DNA of 64,000 nucleotides from Vicinamibacterales bacterium (GTDB taxonomy: Bacteria > Acidobacteriota > Vicinamibacteria > Vicinamibacterales > JAMQPK01), in the NCBI GenBank assembly GCA_963825295.1, contig CAWGSZ010000009.1, positions 1,618,642 to 1,682,641 of the forward strand, in the 5' to 3' direction. The position numbers and the translations under genes are program-made. Below, piece by piece: positions 46,633 through 56,860 of this stretch. Numbering within the stretch: position 1 is the first letter of the stretch; every line of letters begins with the position of its first letter. Under the pieces are notes generated by a model. It was given only the letters and a program-made list of their open reading frames with translations. It made no database searches and was not told the DNA's origin.

Positions 46633-48374
46633 CGCACCTCGAAACGCCCGACGGATTCACTATGGGGGAACCGCTCTCGAATCCGCGTGGCGAGCGGCCC
46701 AGACGGAACCGCCGAGAACTGCGGCCGCTGGTTCAGCACGACAACCCTGCCGCGAAGCCAGAGCGCCGCCTCATCCTCCCCGTCGGCAAAGAAATTGAAG
46801 AATGTGCCAGTCCGGCTGAGGCGGTCCACAAGAAAATACACCTCGGGCGAGTCCGGTCCGGCGATAAGCTGCCCACGTCCGATGTGCTCGGCGACCAGCT
46901 CGGCAATGCGCCGGTAGGTTCGCGCCTCCTCGGCACGGACGTTCAGATGCCCGCGCGGCATGTCGAGCCTGGTATCGAAGGCAATAGGCTGGTGCCAGGC
47001 GCCGAGACTGTCGAGGTATCCCCTGTTCATCGTGAGCACCGCAAACACGGCGAGCGATGCGCACCAGACAAGCAGCGCGGGATTCCTGAGGTTGGAAAAA
47101 TACCGGGCGCAGGCGGCGCCCGCGATGACCGCCAGCGGCGCGGCGTAGCAGAAATAGATGGCCCCGCTGAACGGAAACTGGACGAGCGACGCCCACGCCA
47201 GCATCGCCGTGGCGCAAAAGAGAATGCGGCGCTGCTTCTTGTCTGCGTCGGACCGCACCGCGAGCAGCCAGCTGACCGCGACGGGCAGCAGCGCGGCGAA
47301 CGCCCGGCCCGACTGCCAGAACAATTGGTACGCGGCATAACGATCGAAGGCCACCACCATCGCGATCGTCGCCACGACGGACAGCCCTGCCAGCGCGAGA
47401 ACGAACCGCATCGGGGTGAGGTGAATCCGTCTCGCGATCGGCAACACCAGCGCCACGCACGGGACGCCCAGCAGAATATAGCCCGCCTGCGTCATGGGCA
47501 GGCTGGCAAACTGCAACCGCTTTTTCGGCAGGATGAACAACCCGTTCAGCAGCGGCTCGAGGTGCCCGCCCGTCAGATACGGAATGAGGCCGGCGACCAG
47601 AGGGAGAGCGGCGCACAGCACGGCAAGCGCGCCCGCACGATGGGCGTCCTCCCCATGATCGGAATCGGATTCCCCAGACGCGCCCAGAAGAATTCCGCAC
47701 GCGACGATCGGCAACAGGAGGTAAATCGACTCGGTCGACGTCATCCTGATCTTCAGAATGGCCATCGCCAGGCAAATGCTTCCCAGTGCGGTCGCGATGC
47801 GAACCACGCGGTGCCCCCGCCCGTACAGAAACGCCATGACGAGCGCCACGAGAATGTACAGGCCTGTCTGCTTGAACGCAATCGACAGGCCGGCGGCAAG
47901 CCCGGCTGCCGCCGCGAAGCGAAGCGACCCGGTTTCCGTGTAGCGGACGAAGGCCCAGACACAGGCGATGGCGCACAGCAGGACCCACCACGATGGCAGC
48001 GACGCGAAGTAGTTGGGAAAGCTCCACGTCAACGAGAGTATCGAAACCAGCGCGGCCCCGATGGGCTCGAGAAATCTTCTGAGGATGACGTAGATCAGCA
48101 GCTGAACGGCGGCGAAGGCGGCGAAGAGAACCCAGCGCAGGTGCACGAGCTCCACGCCGAGCACCTTGAACGCGGCCGCGTGCAGCAGCGACAACCCGCC
48201 GGTATACGGCTCCTGGTAGTCCACGTGCGGCAGATTGCCGAGCAGGATGCGCACGGCCGACTGGGCAATCGTCCCTTCGTCGTGCGGCACCCATCCGCGC
48301 GGCACGAACATCCAGAGATAGACGAGCGAGGCCGCCACGAGCAGCCAGCCGGCGATCTCCCTGCGATCGCGCAT
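46623..48374 (-). CDS. GT-C-fold (ArnT/PMT-like) polytopic membrane glycosyltransferase
   Basis: 583 aa from ATG 48374 (MRDRREIAGWLLVAASLVYLWMF). Early loop motif VPHDEGTIAQSAVRIL, more than 10 TM helices and a C-terminal soluble domain. Confidence 0.6.
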   Translation of the reverse strand: MRDRREIAGWLLVAASLVYLWMFVPRGWVPHDEGTIAQSAVRILLGNLPHVDYQEPYTGGLSLLHAAAFKVLGVELVHLRWVLFAAFAAVQLLIYVILRRFLEPIGAALVSILSLTWSFPNYFASLPSWWVLLCAIACVWAFVRYTETGSLRFAAAAGLAAGLSIAFKQTGLYILVALVMAFLYGRGHRVVRIATALGSICLAMAILKIRMTSTESIYLLLPIVACGILLGASGESDSDHGEDAHRAGALAVLCAALPLVAGLIPYLTGGHLEPLLNGLFILPKKRLQFASLPMTQAGYILLGVPCVALVLPIARRIHLTPMRFVLALAGLSVVATIAMVVAFDRYAAYQLFWQSGRAFAALLPVAVSWLLAVRSDADKKQRRILFCATAMLAWASLVQFPFSGAIYFCYAAPLAVIAGAACARYFSNLRNPALLVWCASLAVFAVLTMNRGYLDSLGAWHQPIAFDTRLDMPRGHLNVRAEEARTYRRIAELVAEHIGRGQLIAGPDSPEVYFLVDRLSRTGTFFNFFADGEDEAALWLRGRVVVLNQRPQFSAVPSGPLATRIRERFPHSESVGRFEVRWR

Positions 48375-49513
48375 CACGCCGCGGACCTCAGGACGGCAAT
48401 CGTGTGCCGCACGTCGAAGTGCGCGTCGTAGTAACGGCGCGCGTCGTTCGACAAACGACGCCGCTCTTCCGGAGCGGCAATCAGGCGGGACACGTGCGCG
48501 TTGAACGTGCGCCAGTCGCCCACCTCTGCCAACCGCACGGTTTGCGATCGCTCCCAGAACGGCTCGGTCAGACGGCCGCTCGTGGTGACAACCGGAACGC
48601 CGAGAAACAAACCCGCCATCGTCGTCGTGCGGCGCGCGCTGACGCCGTCCGGGTATGGCTGGATGAGGACGTCGCACGCGGCGACGTGGGTGCCGATGTG
48701 AGCGGGCTCGACAAAGCCGGTTGCGATGATTCTGTCGCGCAGTTCGGGATGTCGATCGAGAAACCCGGCCGCGTACGATCCGCTCTTCTCGCCGATCAAC
48801 ACGAGCCGCACATCCGGAATGTCACGAAGCAAATCCGGCAGCAACGCATCGAGGAGCGTCGAGACCAGCGATCCGTACGTGCCGACGTGGCCTATCAACC
48901 GTGCCCGATCGGCGCCAAGCGCCGCGCGAAGATGGGTCACCGCGTCCATAGAAGGCGCATCCAGTGCGCTCGGAATCGGCAGCCACGCGAAGGGTACCAC
49001 GCGGCCGAGCGCGTACGGCTGCAGCCGCGGCTGCCACGCGGGGATAGACATCCAGACACGATCGGCAGCCCGCAGCAAGACGACGGTCATCACACGATGC
49101 ACGGCCGCGGCGGCCTTCTGCCGCCACGTCCCGGCGAATTCGAGATACGGCTCGTGGACCATCAACTCGATGCGATCGCCGGTGGCGGCGCGGCGTCGCA
49201 GCCAGAGGCAGAACGGCAGGTTCATCGCACGCCTGCCGTACCCGTGCGGAACCCACTGCACCAGGATCCGGCGCGGCGACGGACAGGCGTTCAGTCCGGC
49301 GTCGGTTCGGCGCAGGTCTTCGGTGCGGAAATTCCCCAACGTGCGATGAACGCGGACCTGGCCCGCCGGACACTCCCGCCCGTTCTCGCCAGGACACCAG
49401 ACGTGCACTTCATCGCCGGCCTCCGCCAGACCTTGCGCGACCTGTCGGGCGTAGTCACCGACGCCACCAATCGCCGGCGGGTACTCGGGCGTCAAGAGGT
49501 GAATGATGGCCAT
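48374..49513 (-). CDS. Glycosyltransferase family 4
   Basis: MAIIHLLTPEYPPAIGGVGDYA... N-terminus and ...CDVLIQPYPDGVSARRTTTMAGLFLGVPVVTT near the C-terminus. Confidence 0.75.
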   Translation of the reverse strand: MAIIHLLTPEYPPAIGGVGDYARQVAQGLAEAGDEVHVWCPGENGRECPAGQVRVHRTLGNFRTEDLRRTDAGLNACPSPRRILVQWVPHGYGRRAMNLPFCLWLRRRAATGDRIELMVHEPYLEFAGTWRQKAAAAVHRVMTVVLLRAADRVWMSIPAWQPRLQPYALGRVVPFAWLPIPSALDAPSMDAVTHLRAALGADRARLIGHVGTYGSLVSTLLDALLPDLLRDIPDVRLVLIGEKSGSYAAGFLDRHPELRDRIIATGFVEPAHIGTHVAACDVLIQPYPDGVSARRTTTMAGLFLGVPVVTTSGRLTEPFWERSQTVRLAEVGDWRTFNAHVSRLIAAPEERRRLSNDARRYYDAHFDVRHTIAVLRSAA

Positions 49514-49524
49514 CTGCGATCGGT

Positions 49525-50594
49525 CTAGTTGAGCGAGCCGTACGCGGACAGACATCGTGCGACGACCTGCGGCCACCGGAACCGCTCGAGCACGACCTCG
49601 CGCCCGTGCACGCCGAAGGTCGCCGCCTCGACCGGGTGTTCGGCCAGCCACCGCAGCCGCCCGCCGAGCGCGTCACGGTCGTCGGCCTCGACGACGAATC
49701 CGGTTTTTCCGTCCTCGACGATCTCGGGCAGGCTCGCCACTTTCGTGGCGACAACCGGCGCGCCGCAGGCCATCGCCTCGAGCAGGGTCTGCCCGAGGAG
49801 CTCGGGTACGTTCGTTTCTCCCTCCGGCGTTCTGTACAGGCTCGGCAGCACCACACACAACGCGCGGCGGTACGCATCGACGAGCATCTCGTCGGTCATG
49901 TCGTGTCTGAACCGGACGGCCTTGCCCCTGGCGAGCGCGTGCAGCCGTGCCACATACGGCGTGTCGTTCGGCGGCCCGACGATGTCGAGCGACAGGCCCG
50001 CCGGCAGCGCCTCAATCAGGTTCGCGATGCCCTTGTGCGGCAGGAGCCGCCCGACGAACAGGACACCGCCATCGCGCGCGATGTGCCGCGCCGGCGAAAA
50101 TTTCGCCGTATCGACGCCGCCGAGGATGACGCTCGCACCAGCCGAGTCGCGATGGCCGAACACGGTGCGGCTGTACTCGCTGATATGCAGGTGGCCGTGA
50201 AACCACCTGTCTGTGGAGACGTATGCCGAGATATCCCAGCCGCCGCCGCCAAGATCGGTGACGAACACGCGGCGGCCGGTCATGCGACAGAGCAGCCGCG
50301 GCCGTACTGCTCATCAGCACGTGCTGCTGATGGCAGTGCACGACATCGGCACCGAGAATCTCGCGCACCACGACGGGCGACCAGCGATTGGCCCACTGGC
50401 CGCGTACCGCCCATCCGCCCGCGATCACACGTACGCTGAGCCGATCGACCGATCGCTCGCCGGCATCGGCGCCGAAGGTCACGAGACGAGTCGGGTACTT
50501 CGTCGGCCATATGGCGAGCCAGCTCGAGCGCGTAGCGCTCGGCGCCGCCGATAACGCCGTCGGCGCCGAACAACGCCGGCACCAGATGCAGCAC
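49525..50594 (-). pseudogene. Glycosyltransferase family 4 spread over three frames (two single-base disruptions)
   Basis: MLHLVPALFGADGVIGGAERYALELARHMADEV (ORF 50280..50594), then VTFGADAGERSVDRLSV...HCHQQHVLMSST (ORF 50012..50482), then TGRRVFVTDLGGGGWD...EAMACGAPVVATKVASLPEIV (ORF 49525..50283). Breaks are at about 50493..50495 (GGGTACT) and about 50295..50305. Confidence 0.7.
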
Positions 50595-50615
50595 GCGCGG
50601 AGGGCCGGCGTGCGG

Positions 50616-51143
50616 TCATTTCACCGCTTCCAGTTCGATCGACAGGAACCACGCCGGAAACATCCACGCCCACCGCCGTTCGTAGACCTGCGGGCGCCGG
50701 TTCGCGAAGCGATGCACGATCTTGTTGGCCAGCGTGGGATAGAACACGATCTGCGACCGCACACGCTTGAAGTGCGCGCCGCTGTAGAAGCCAAGCGCGT
50801 GCGCGGGATCGAAGTAGTCGAAGCTGAACGCGCTGAAGTACCGGCGGTGCGTCGGATCGGTGTAGGCGTTGCCCGACGAAAAGTGCGGCACCACGATGTG
50901 CACGCGCGCGCCGCCGGCACACACGCGGTGAATCTCTTCCATGACGCGCAGTGTGTCGTCGAGATGCTCGATGACATCCTGGGCGTGCACCTCATGGAAC
51001 GCGTTCGAGGGAAGGGGCCACGGCAGGACGGAGAGATCGTGCACGAGATCGGCCCCGACGCGGTCGCTGATATCGACGTTCACGGCGCCGTCAATCCGCT
51101 GGCGGCCGCACCCGAGGTTCAGAATGCCATTTCGACCGCTCAT
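50616..51143 (-). CDS. Class I SAM-dependent methyltransferase (Methyltransf_11-like)
   Basis: 175 aa, with ILNLGCGRQRIDGAVNVD...FHEVHAQDVIEHL. Confidence 0.7.
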   Translation of the reverse strand: MSGRNGILNLGCGRQRIDGAVNVDISDRVGADLVHDLSVLPWPLPSNAFHEVHAQDVIEHLDDTLRVMEEIHRVCAGGARVHIVVPHFSSGNAYTDPTHRRYFSAFSFDYFDPAHALGFYSGAHFKRVRSQIVFYPTLANKIVHRFANRRPQVYERRWAWMFPAWFLSIELEAVK

Positions 51144-51204
51144 ATCTCACCGGGCGTGTGCGTGTGGACGCGCCTCGCCGTCGGCCTCGGACTGGGCTGC
51201 CGCT

Positions 51205-52634
51205 TCAGCTTCGCGCTTCGGCTTCGGCTTCGGCCACGAGCGCCTCCTGGACGTAGGCCGTCCGCTGCGCCGCATACACGATCGCCGTCATCAGCCAGAA
51301 CAGAATGCCGAGCTGCGTGTTGAACGCCGGCCCGGTGAAGCACAGCCCCGCGATGAGCACCTGAACCGACAGCGCCATGCTCGCCAGTTCGTGCAGTGGA
51401 TGGTCGGGATCAATGGCGACGCGATAAGTGTTCCGCAATGCGGCCAGGATGGCGCCGCCGTACAGGAACCACATGAACACGCCGCCGTCATACAACCACC
51501 CGGTCGGTTGAATCTCGGCATGCAGCGACTCGTATTGCCAGTTGGGCTCGCCGAAGTAGACCGACATCATGCCCCATCGTCCAAGCCCGGCGCCAAACGG
51601 AAATTCGTAGGTGAGTTCTCGAATCGTGTATCCAGGAAGAACCCGCGGTTGGTCTGATAGGTCTCGACGACCCCCGAACTCACCATGTCCTCGTACCGAT
51701 CGGACACGACATCGCCTCCGAGCGTGACCGCCCAGACAAACGATCCCACCACGAGACCTGTGGCAAGCGCCGCGCGCCATCCTCCCTGCATCGCCCGCCC
51801 CTGCCGCAGGCTGACAAACGCCACCGCCAGCATGCAGATGACGAGCATGAGCAGCACCGAACGCACCTGCGTGAGATACACGACAGTGATGGCCACGAGC
51901 ACGGCGCCGAGATAGCACGCGCGGTTCATGACCGTGAGATTCGAGCGTGTCGAGAGCCCGAACGCGAGAAGTGCCGCGATGACGCCCGAAATGGCCGCGC
52001 CGCCCGGCATGTCGCTCAGACCGGGCGGCCGCACGATCAGACGATCGTCGGTGCCGAGATAGCTCAACTCGTGGACGAACTCCGGATTCAATTTCAGGCC
52101 GAGCGAGCTGAACTCGGGCGGCAGGAAGGTGTCCGGATAGTACACCTGCAGCAGCCCGAGACCGGCGCTGAAGAAGTGCGCGGCGAAGACCAGGAAGATG
52201 AGCCGCTCGAGGCGCTCGGCCGTCAGCCACACGCGAACGGCCCAGAATATGGGTGCCGCCAGCGCCAGCTGAAACACGATTTGCGCGACGCCGGCCATCA
52301 TCCATGTGCCGGGGTGCATCAGCATGAGGACCATCAGCAGGAATGACGTCACCACCCAGCGCGCGCCGGGGCTCGCGGTGTCTGCGCCGATCGAGCGCGT
52401 GCAAATCACCAGCGCAAGAAGACTCGACACGTACGGAAACGCGCGGATGTAGGTGCGATAGGCCTGCGAGCCGGGAAGGAACAGCAGCAGGCCCCACATC
52501 ACCTGAATCAGCACGAACGCTTCCACCCATCCCCACCCATGCCCCTGCGGAATCTGCGGTTCTTCGTCCCGCTCGGCGGGCTGAAGCTGGACGGGAAAGA
52601 TCAGCTGGCTAGGCTGTGGCGATTCGTCTCGCAT
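51205..52634 (-). pseudogene. O-antigen ligase/polymerase-like membrane protein, frame broken once
   Basis: The N-terminal 330 aa of ORF 51567..52634 (polytopic) continue in another frame as GYTIRELTYEFPFGAGLGRWGMMSVYFGEPNW... (C-terminal part of ORF 51205..52536). One base appears to be missing near 51631..51636. Confidence 0.6.
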
Positions 52635-53691
52635 CGGAATGAATCAGGCGGCGCAGCAGTTCCTCGTATCGCGCCACCATGAGGTCCAGAGAAAGGTCTT
52701 TCGCCCGCTCGGCGCCAGCGATCTCCAGCGCGTGACGCGCTGGCGCGTCGTCGAACAGCTCGAGAATCGCGGCGCCAAACGTGGCGCGATCGGCGACCCT
52801 GCCGTAGCGTCCGCCGGCCAGTACTTCGCTGCTGCCGGGATTCGGGACGGCCACGACGGCCGTTCCGCACGCCATCGCCTCGAGATAGGGCAGGCCGAAG
52901 CCTTCGTACGTGCTCGGCGAGGCATACACCCACGCGCGGCGGTAGAGCCGGGCCAGCGCGAGATCGTCGATGCCGGTGTAGTAGGTCACGCCAGTCATCG
53001 ACGGGCCCGGCGCTCCCACGAACATCAGCTGCGCGTCGGGACGGGCAGGCTGAATGATGCCGGCAAACACGTCGAGCAGGAATCGTCCCTGCTTGCGGCC
53101 GTCGAGGGCGCCAACGAACAGAACCGAGGGGCTGGGTGTTTTGGCGCCCGGATCTGGCCGGAAGACTCTCGTGTCGACGCCGTTGGGAATCACGTGGTGC
53201 ACGAACGGATTGTGGCGTCGCGCGTTTTCGCTGACGGCGACGGTGCCGCGCTCGAGAAGCGCGGTTACGAGCTCCTGCCCGTACACACCGACCTGCAGCA
53301 CCGCCCGGGCGGGAGACCTGGCATGCAATGCCTCTTGCAGCGCGCTTCCATGCATCACCCTCAGCACCGGTTTTCGCTTGAGCGGCAGCAGCAGGCTGTC
53401 GCCATGGGCGATGACGGCATCGAACTCGCCGTAGTCGGGCAGCAGCGCAAGCACGTTGCCGAGATAACCAAACGTAAGCCGCCGGCCGAGCCACGTGTTG
53501 ACGAAGGACCTCCATGGGAGCTCACGCACGTCGTACCGGGCACCGGCGGGTTTGCGGTCGTGCGAGAACACGACGACGTGGTGCCCGCGCTCGGCCAGGC
53601 CGTGGGCCAGCATGTGTGCGACGCGCTCGATGCCTCCGCGCTTCTGGCCGACAGCCGGCAGGCCCGAGCTGAGAACGGCGAGACGCATCAT
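52609..53691 (-). CDS. Glycosyltransferase family 4
   Basis: MMRLAVLSSGLPAVGQKRGGIERVAH... and ...YASPSTYEGFGLPYLEAMACGTAVVAVPNPG. ATGA overlap with the upstream gene. Confidence 0.8.
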   Translation of the reverse strand: MMRLAVLSSGLPAVGQKRGGIERVAHMLAHGLAERGHHVVVFSHDRKPAGARYDVRELPWRSFVNTWLGRRLTFGYLGNVLALLPDYGEFDAVIAHGDSLLLPLKRKPVLRVMHGSALQEALHARSPARAVLQVGVYGQELVTALLERGTVAVSENARRHNPFVHHVIPNGVDTRVFRPDPGAKTPSPSVLFVGALDGRKQGRFLLDVFAGIIQPARPDAQLMFVGAPGPSMTGVTYYTGIDDLALARLYRRAWVYASPSTYEGFGLPYLEAMACGTAVVAVPNPGSSEVLAGGRYGRVADRATFGAAILELFDDAPARHALEIAGAERAKDLSLDLMVARYEELLRRLIHSDARRIATA

Positions 53692-54485
53692 CGTGCCACG
53701 ATCACATAGACGGGAGGTTTGAAGAGGTTCTCGAGGCGCGCCGCCCGCAGCAGCCGGCGCAGCCCCCGGCGCAGGACGCCGCGTGTGAGCACGTCGACCG
53801 GATAGAACGAGATGCGCTCGAATCCGGCGTGACGAAGCAGATACTCGAGCTCGCCCGCTGTATAGCAGATTTCCGTGGCGCCCGAGTACCGGCTGATCTC
53901 GATCGCGCGGCGGCGGTTGTCGCGAATCCGGACGACCGAGCTCGGGCTCTCGACGAGAATCAGCGCCCCGCCGGTTCGCAGCACGCGGCGCGCGTCGATC
54001 AGCGTCTTGACCGGGCTGAGGGAGTGATGGATCGCGGCGACGAGAAACGCGCAATCGAAGGACTCGGCGGGGAGTGGAATCCTGTTGAACGATCCCACGG
54101 CGAAACGGACCTTGTCCGGACGCCCCCCGCGCTTGTCGATCACACGGCTGCCCACTTCGGTGAGAAACCGCTCCGACATGTCCAGCGCGACGACCCCGTC
54201 GACGTCGAACAGCGTCGACAGCCGTGCGGTGAGCCAGCAGGTGCCGGCCCCGAGATCGATCACGTGGCCCTTGACGAGCGGCCTGATTGCCGGATGCGCC
54301 AGCGCGAATTCGATGGCCGGCGGCGAGGCCGGCTCGCACTGGTCCAGCACGTTGAGCCAGGGCTCCTCGTGCGGTCCCCGAATCTTTCGTGCATCCTCGT
54401 CCGCCGAGCCGAACTCGTACTTCTCGAGCTCCCGATACTCGGGTTCCCCGACAGACAACGGCTCGCGCGCAATGACGGGAATCAT
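53688..54485 (-). CDS. Class I SAM-dependent methyltransferase
   Basis: HVIDLGAGTCWLTARLS...FDCAFLVAAIHHS...LRTGGALILVE. Start at ATG 54485 (MIPVIAREP). Confidence 0.7.
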   Translation of the reverse strand: MIPVIAREPLSVGEPEYRELEKYEFGSADEDARKIRGPHEEPWLNVLDQCEPASPPAIEFALAHPAIRPLVKGHVIDLGAGTCWLTARLSTLFDVDGVVALDMSERFLTEVGSRVIDKRGGRPDKVRFAVGSFNRIPLPAESFDCAFLVAAIHHSLSPVKTLIDARRVLRTGGALILVESPSSVVRIRDNRRRAIEISRYSGATEICYTAGELEYLLRHAGFERISFYPVDVLTRGVLRRGLRRLLRAARLENLFKPPVYVIVAR

Positions 54486-54487
54486 GC

Positions 54488-55624
54488 TCAATGGGCTGTC
54501 ATGCGCAGGGCCGCCACCGATTCGAGCACGGTGGCGATGCGTCGCATCTGCGTTGCGGGATCGCACAGGGCCTGCGCGCGCGCAGCGCCGTGTCGACCCA
54601 GCCGCTCGCGCCCGGCTCGATTGTTCAGAAGACCCGCCAGCGCGGAGGCGAGCGCCGGCGCATCGTCGGGTGGCACCAGCACGCCGCACGTGTCGTCGAC
54701 AATTTCAAGTGGACCGCCCATCGACGCTGTCACGACCGGAAGTCCGGCGTACATCGCCTCGATGAAGCTGATACCGAAGGCCTCAGGCGCGATGTTGGCC
54801 TGACAGAAGATGTCAGCCGAGGCCAGCAGCGCGGGCACGTCGGATCGCTGTCCAAGAAAGCGGGTGCGATCGGCGATGCCGAGCGCCGTCGCGGCCGCCC
54901 GCAGCGTGTCGAGGTAGCGCGCTTCGGCCGGCTGCTGCGCACCGCCGACGAGCCAGCACTCCCATTCGGGTACATCGCGAAGCCGAGCGAGCGCCTCGAG
55001 AAGCACGCGCTGACCTTTCCACGCTTCCATGCGACTGACCTGAATGATCACGATAGGCAAACCTGGTGCGTTGGGCTTGCCGCGCCGAAGCGATCGGTCA
55101 TCCAGCGCGGAGGCGGGTGCGTCAGGTGCGTTAGGTGCGGCGACGGGCGCATAGATGACCTCGACCCGGGCATTCGTCGGTGGAAGCAGCGACGCCGTGT
55201 ACTTGCTGTTGCAGACGTAGCAGTCCGGCTCGATGCGGCCGGCGAGGCGATCGAGCCAGTGCCCGCCGGTTTGCGCCATGTGCACCCAGGACACGAGCGG
55301 GATGCCCGCGCCCTTGATGACCGATCCGAAGATGGCGTGCGGCCATGCCTGATGGCACACCGCAATGTCGAACGAGTGTGTGGCCAGTAGCGACCGTAAC
55401 TCCTGGCGCGCACGACGGACCCTGTCGGGACGCCGCAGCCGGACCTCGCCCAGCATCACGGGCATCATGCGCGCGGCATGCAGATCGCGCGCGAGCCGTC
55501 CCTCGAAGCACAACGCCACCGACATGTCCATGCCGGGCGCGAGCTCGCGCGATCGCGCGAGGGTCAGCAGAAATGTTTCCACGCCACCGTAGAGGTTGCC
55601 GCTGTGGACGTGGAGGACGTTCAT
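54488..55624 (-). CDS. Glycosyltransferase family 4
   Basis: MNVLHVHSGNLYGGVETFLL... and ...ADIFCQANIAPEAFGISFIEAMYAGLPVVTASMGG. Confidence 0.85.
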   Translation of the reverse strand: MNVLHVHSGNLYGGVETFLLTLARSRELAPGMDMSVALCFEGRLARDLHAARMMPVMLGEVRLRRPDRVRRARQELRSLLATHSFDIAVCHQAWPHAIFGSVIKGAGIPLVSWVHMAQTGGHWLDRLAGRIEPDCYVCNSKYTASLLPPTNARVEVIYAPVAAPNAPDAPASALDDRSLRRGKPNAPGLPIVIIQVSRMEAWKGQRVLLEALARLRDVPEWECWLVGGAQQPAEARYLDTLRAAATALGIADRTRFLGQRSDVPALLASADIFCQANIAPEAFGISFIEAMYAGLPVVTASMGGPLEIVDDTCGVLVPPDDAPALASALAGLLNNRAGRERLGRHGAARAQALCDPATQMRRIATVLESVAALRMTAH

Positions 55625-55648
55625 GGTTAGGCTCAGCGGCTTGGTGGC

Positions 55649-56860
55649 TTAGGGCTGAGTGGTTTGCGAGACTCGTAGACCGGGATCAAGCGCCTCGGCC
55701 AGGCGCTTGCGACTGAACAGCTGCTCGGCCGCGGCGCGCCCGGCTTTCGACAAGGCGCCACGAAGCGCGGGCTCGCCGACGAGCTGGCTCATGCGCTCGG
55801 CCAGCTCGCTCGCATTGCCAGGCGTGTGGAACACGACGCCGGCCTGCGCGATCTCCGCGGCGCCGCCGGCCCGACTGACGATGACCGGACGTCCGCAGGC
55901 CATCGCCTCGGCAATCACGAGTCCGAACGGCTCGGGCTCGACGCTCGCATGGACCACGATGTCGAGCGATCGCATCGCGACGGCCACGTCGGGGACATGG
56001 CCGGTAAACCCGACGCTGCCGTTGAGGCCGATGCCCGTCGCCATCTCGCGGAGTGCCGCGACCGAATGCTGGCTCCCGTCGGTCTGATAAATCGAGTCTC
56101 CGACCACGAACCCCCGCACGGGAACATCCGCACGCACCTGCGAGAGCGCCCGCAGGAAGACATCGTGCCCCTTCCATTTCGCGAACGTGCCGACCAGCCC
56201 GATGCGGATGCCGCCGCTCGCCAGCGGAGCCAATCCGGCCAGCGCGTCCAGATCGAGTGACGGCCCGGCCGGATGAAAGCGATCGAGATCCACGCCGTTG
56301 TGAATCGCATGCACGCGAAGCGCGGCGGGAAACATCTGACGGGCGCGATCGGCCACGCTGGCCGAATTCGCCACCACCGTCGTGCAGCGTCCGGCGTGCA
56401 TCTTCAACAGCATGGCACTGACCGGCCGCGAATCGGGGTAATCGTGCAGGTGCCACACGACCTCCGCGCGCGACGGACGGCATCGGGCGCCCAGCAGGTG
56501 CATCTTCAATCCATTGGTATGCACGATGTCCGGATCGAGACTCGCCAGTTCACGGCGAAGCTGCGAGGCATAGGCCATCGCTGGCCCCACGGCCCTGGCA
56601 GCGGCGATACCAAGCCGCACTTGTTTGGAGAACGAACCACGCCGGCCCCATTCGCCAAGCCGGGCGAGCGACGGTGGAAACTCCAGTACCTGAACGGAAA
56701 TCCCAAGGCGGGCGACGCGATCGACGAACGGTCCGCCCCGCGCGGCGATGAGGTGGAGCGTCCATGACGGGCGGGCGGCCTGAACGGCCGCGAAAAGCTC
56801 GATGAGTGCGGTCTCCGCTCCCCCGAGCTCGCCGCCCGGATTGAGGAAGACAATTCTCAC
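55649..56860 (-). CDS. Glycosyltransferase family 4
   Basis: RIVFLNPGGELGGAETAL... and ...LDIVVHASVEPEPFGLVIAEAMACGRPVIVSRAGG. GTG start in a GTGA overlap with the Wza-like gene. Confidence 0.85.
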   Translation of the reverse strand: MRIVFLNPGGELGGAETALIELFAAVQAARPSWTLHLIAARGGPFVDRVARLGISVQVLEFPPSLARLGEWGRRGSFSKQVRLGIAAARAVGPAMAYASQLRRELASLDPDIVHTNGLKMHLLGARCRPSRAEVVWHLHDYPDSRPVSAMLLKMHAGRCTTVVANSASVADRARQMFPAALRVHAIHNGVDLDRFHPAGPSLDLDALAGLAPLASGGIRIGLVGTFAKWKGHDVFLRALSQVRADVPVRGFVVGDSIYQTDGSQHSVAALREMATGIGLNGSVGFTGHVPDVAVAMRSLDIVVHASVEPEPFGLVIAEAMACGRPVIVSRAGGAAEIAQAGVVFHTPGNASELAERMSQLVGEPALRGALSKAGRAAAEQLFSRKRLAEALDPGLRVSQTTQP

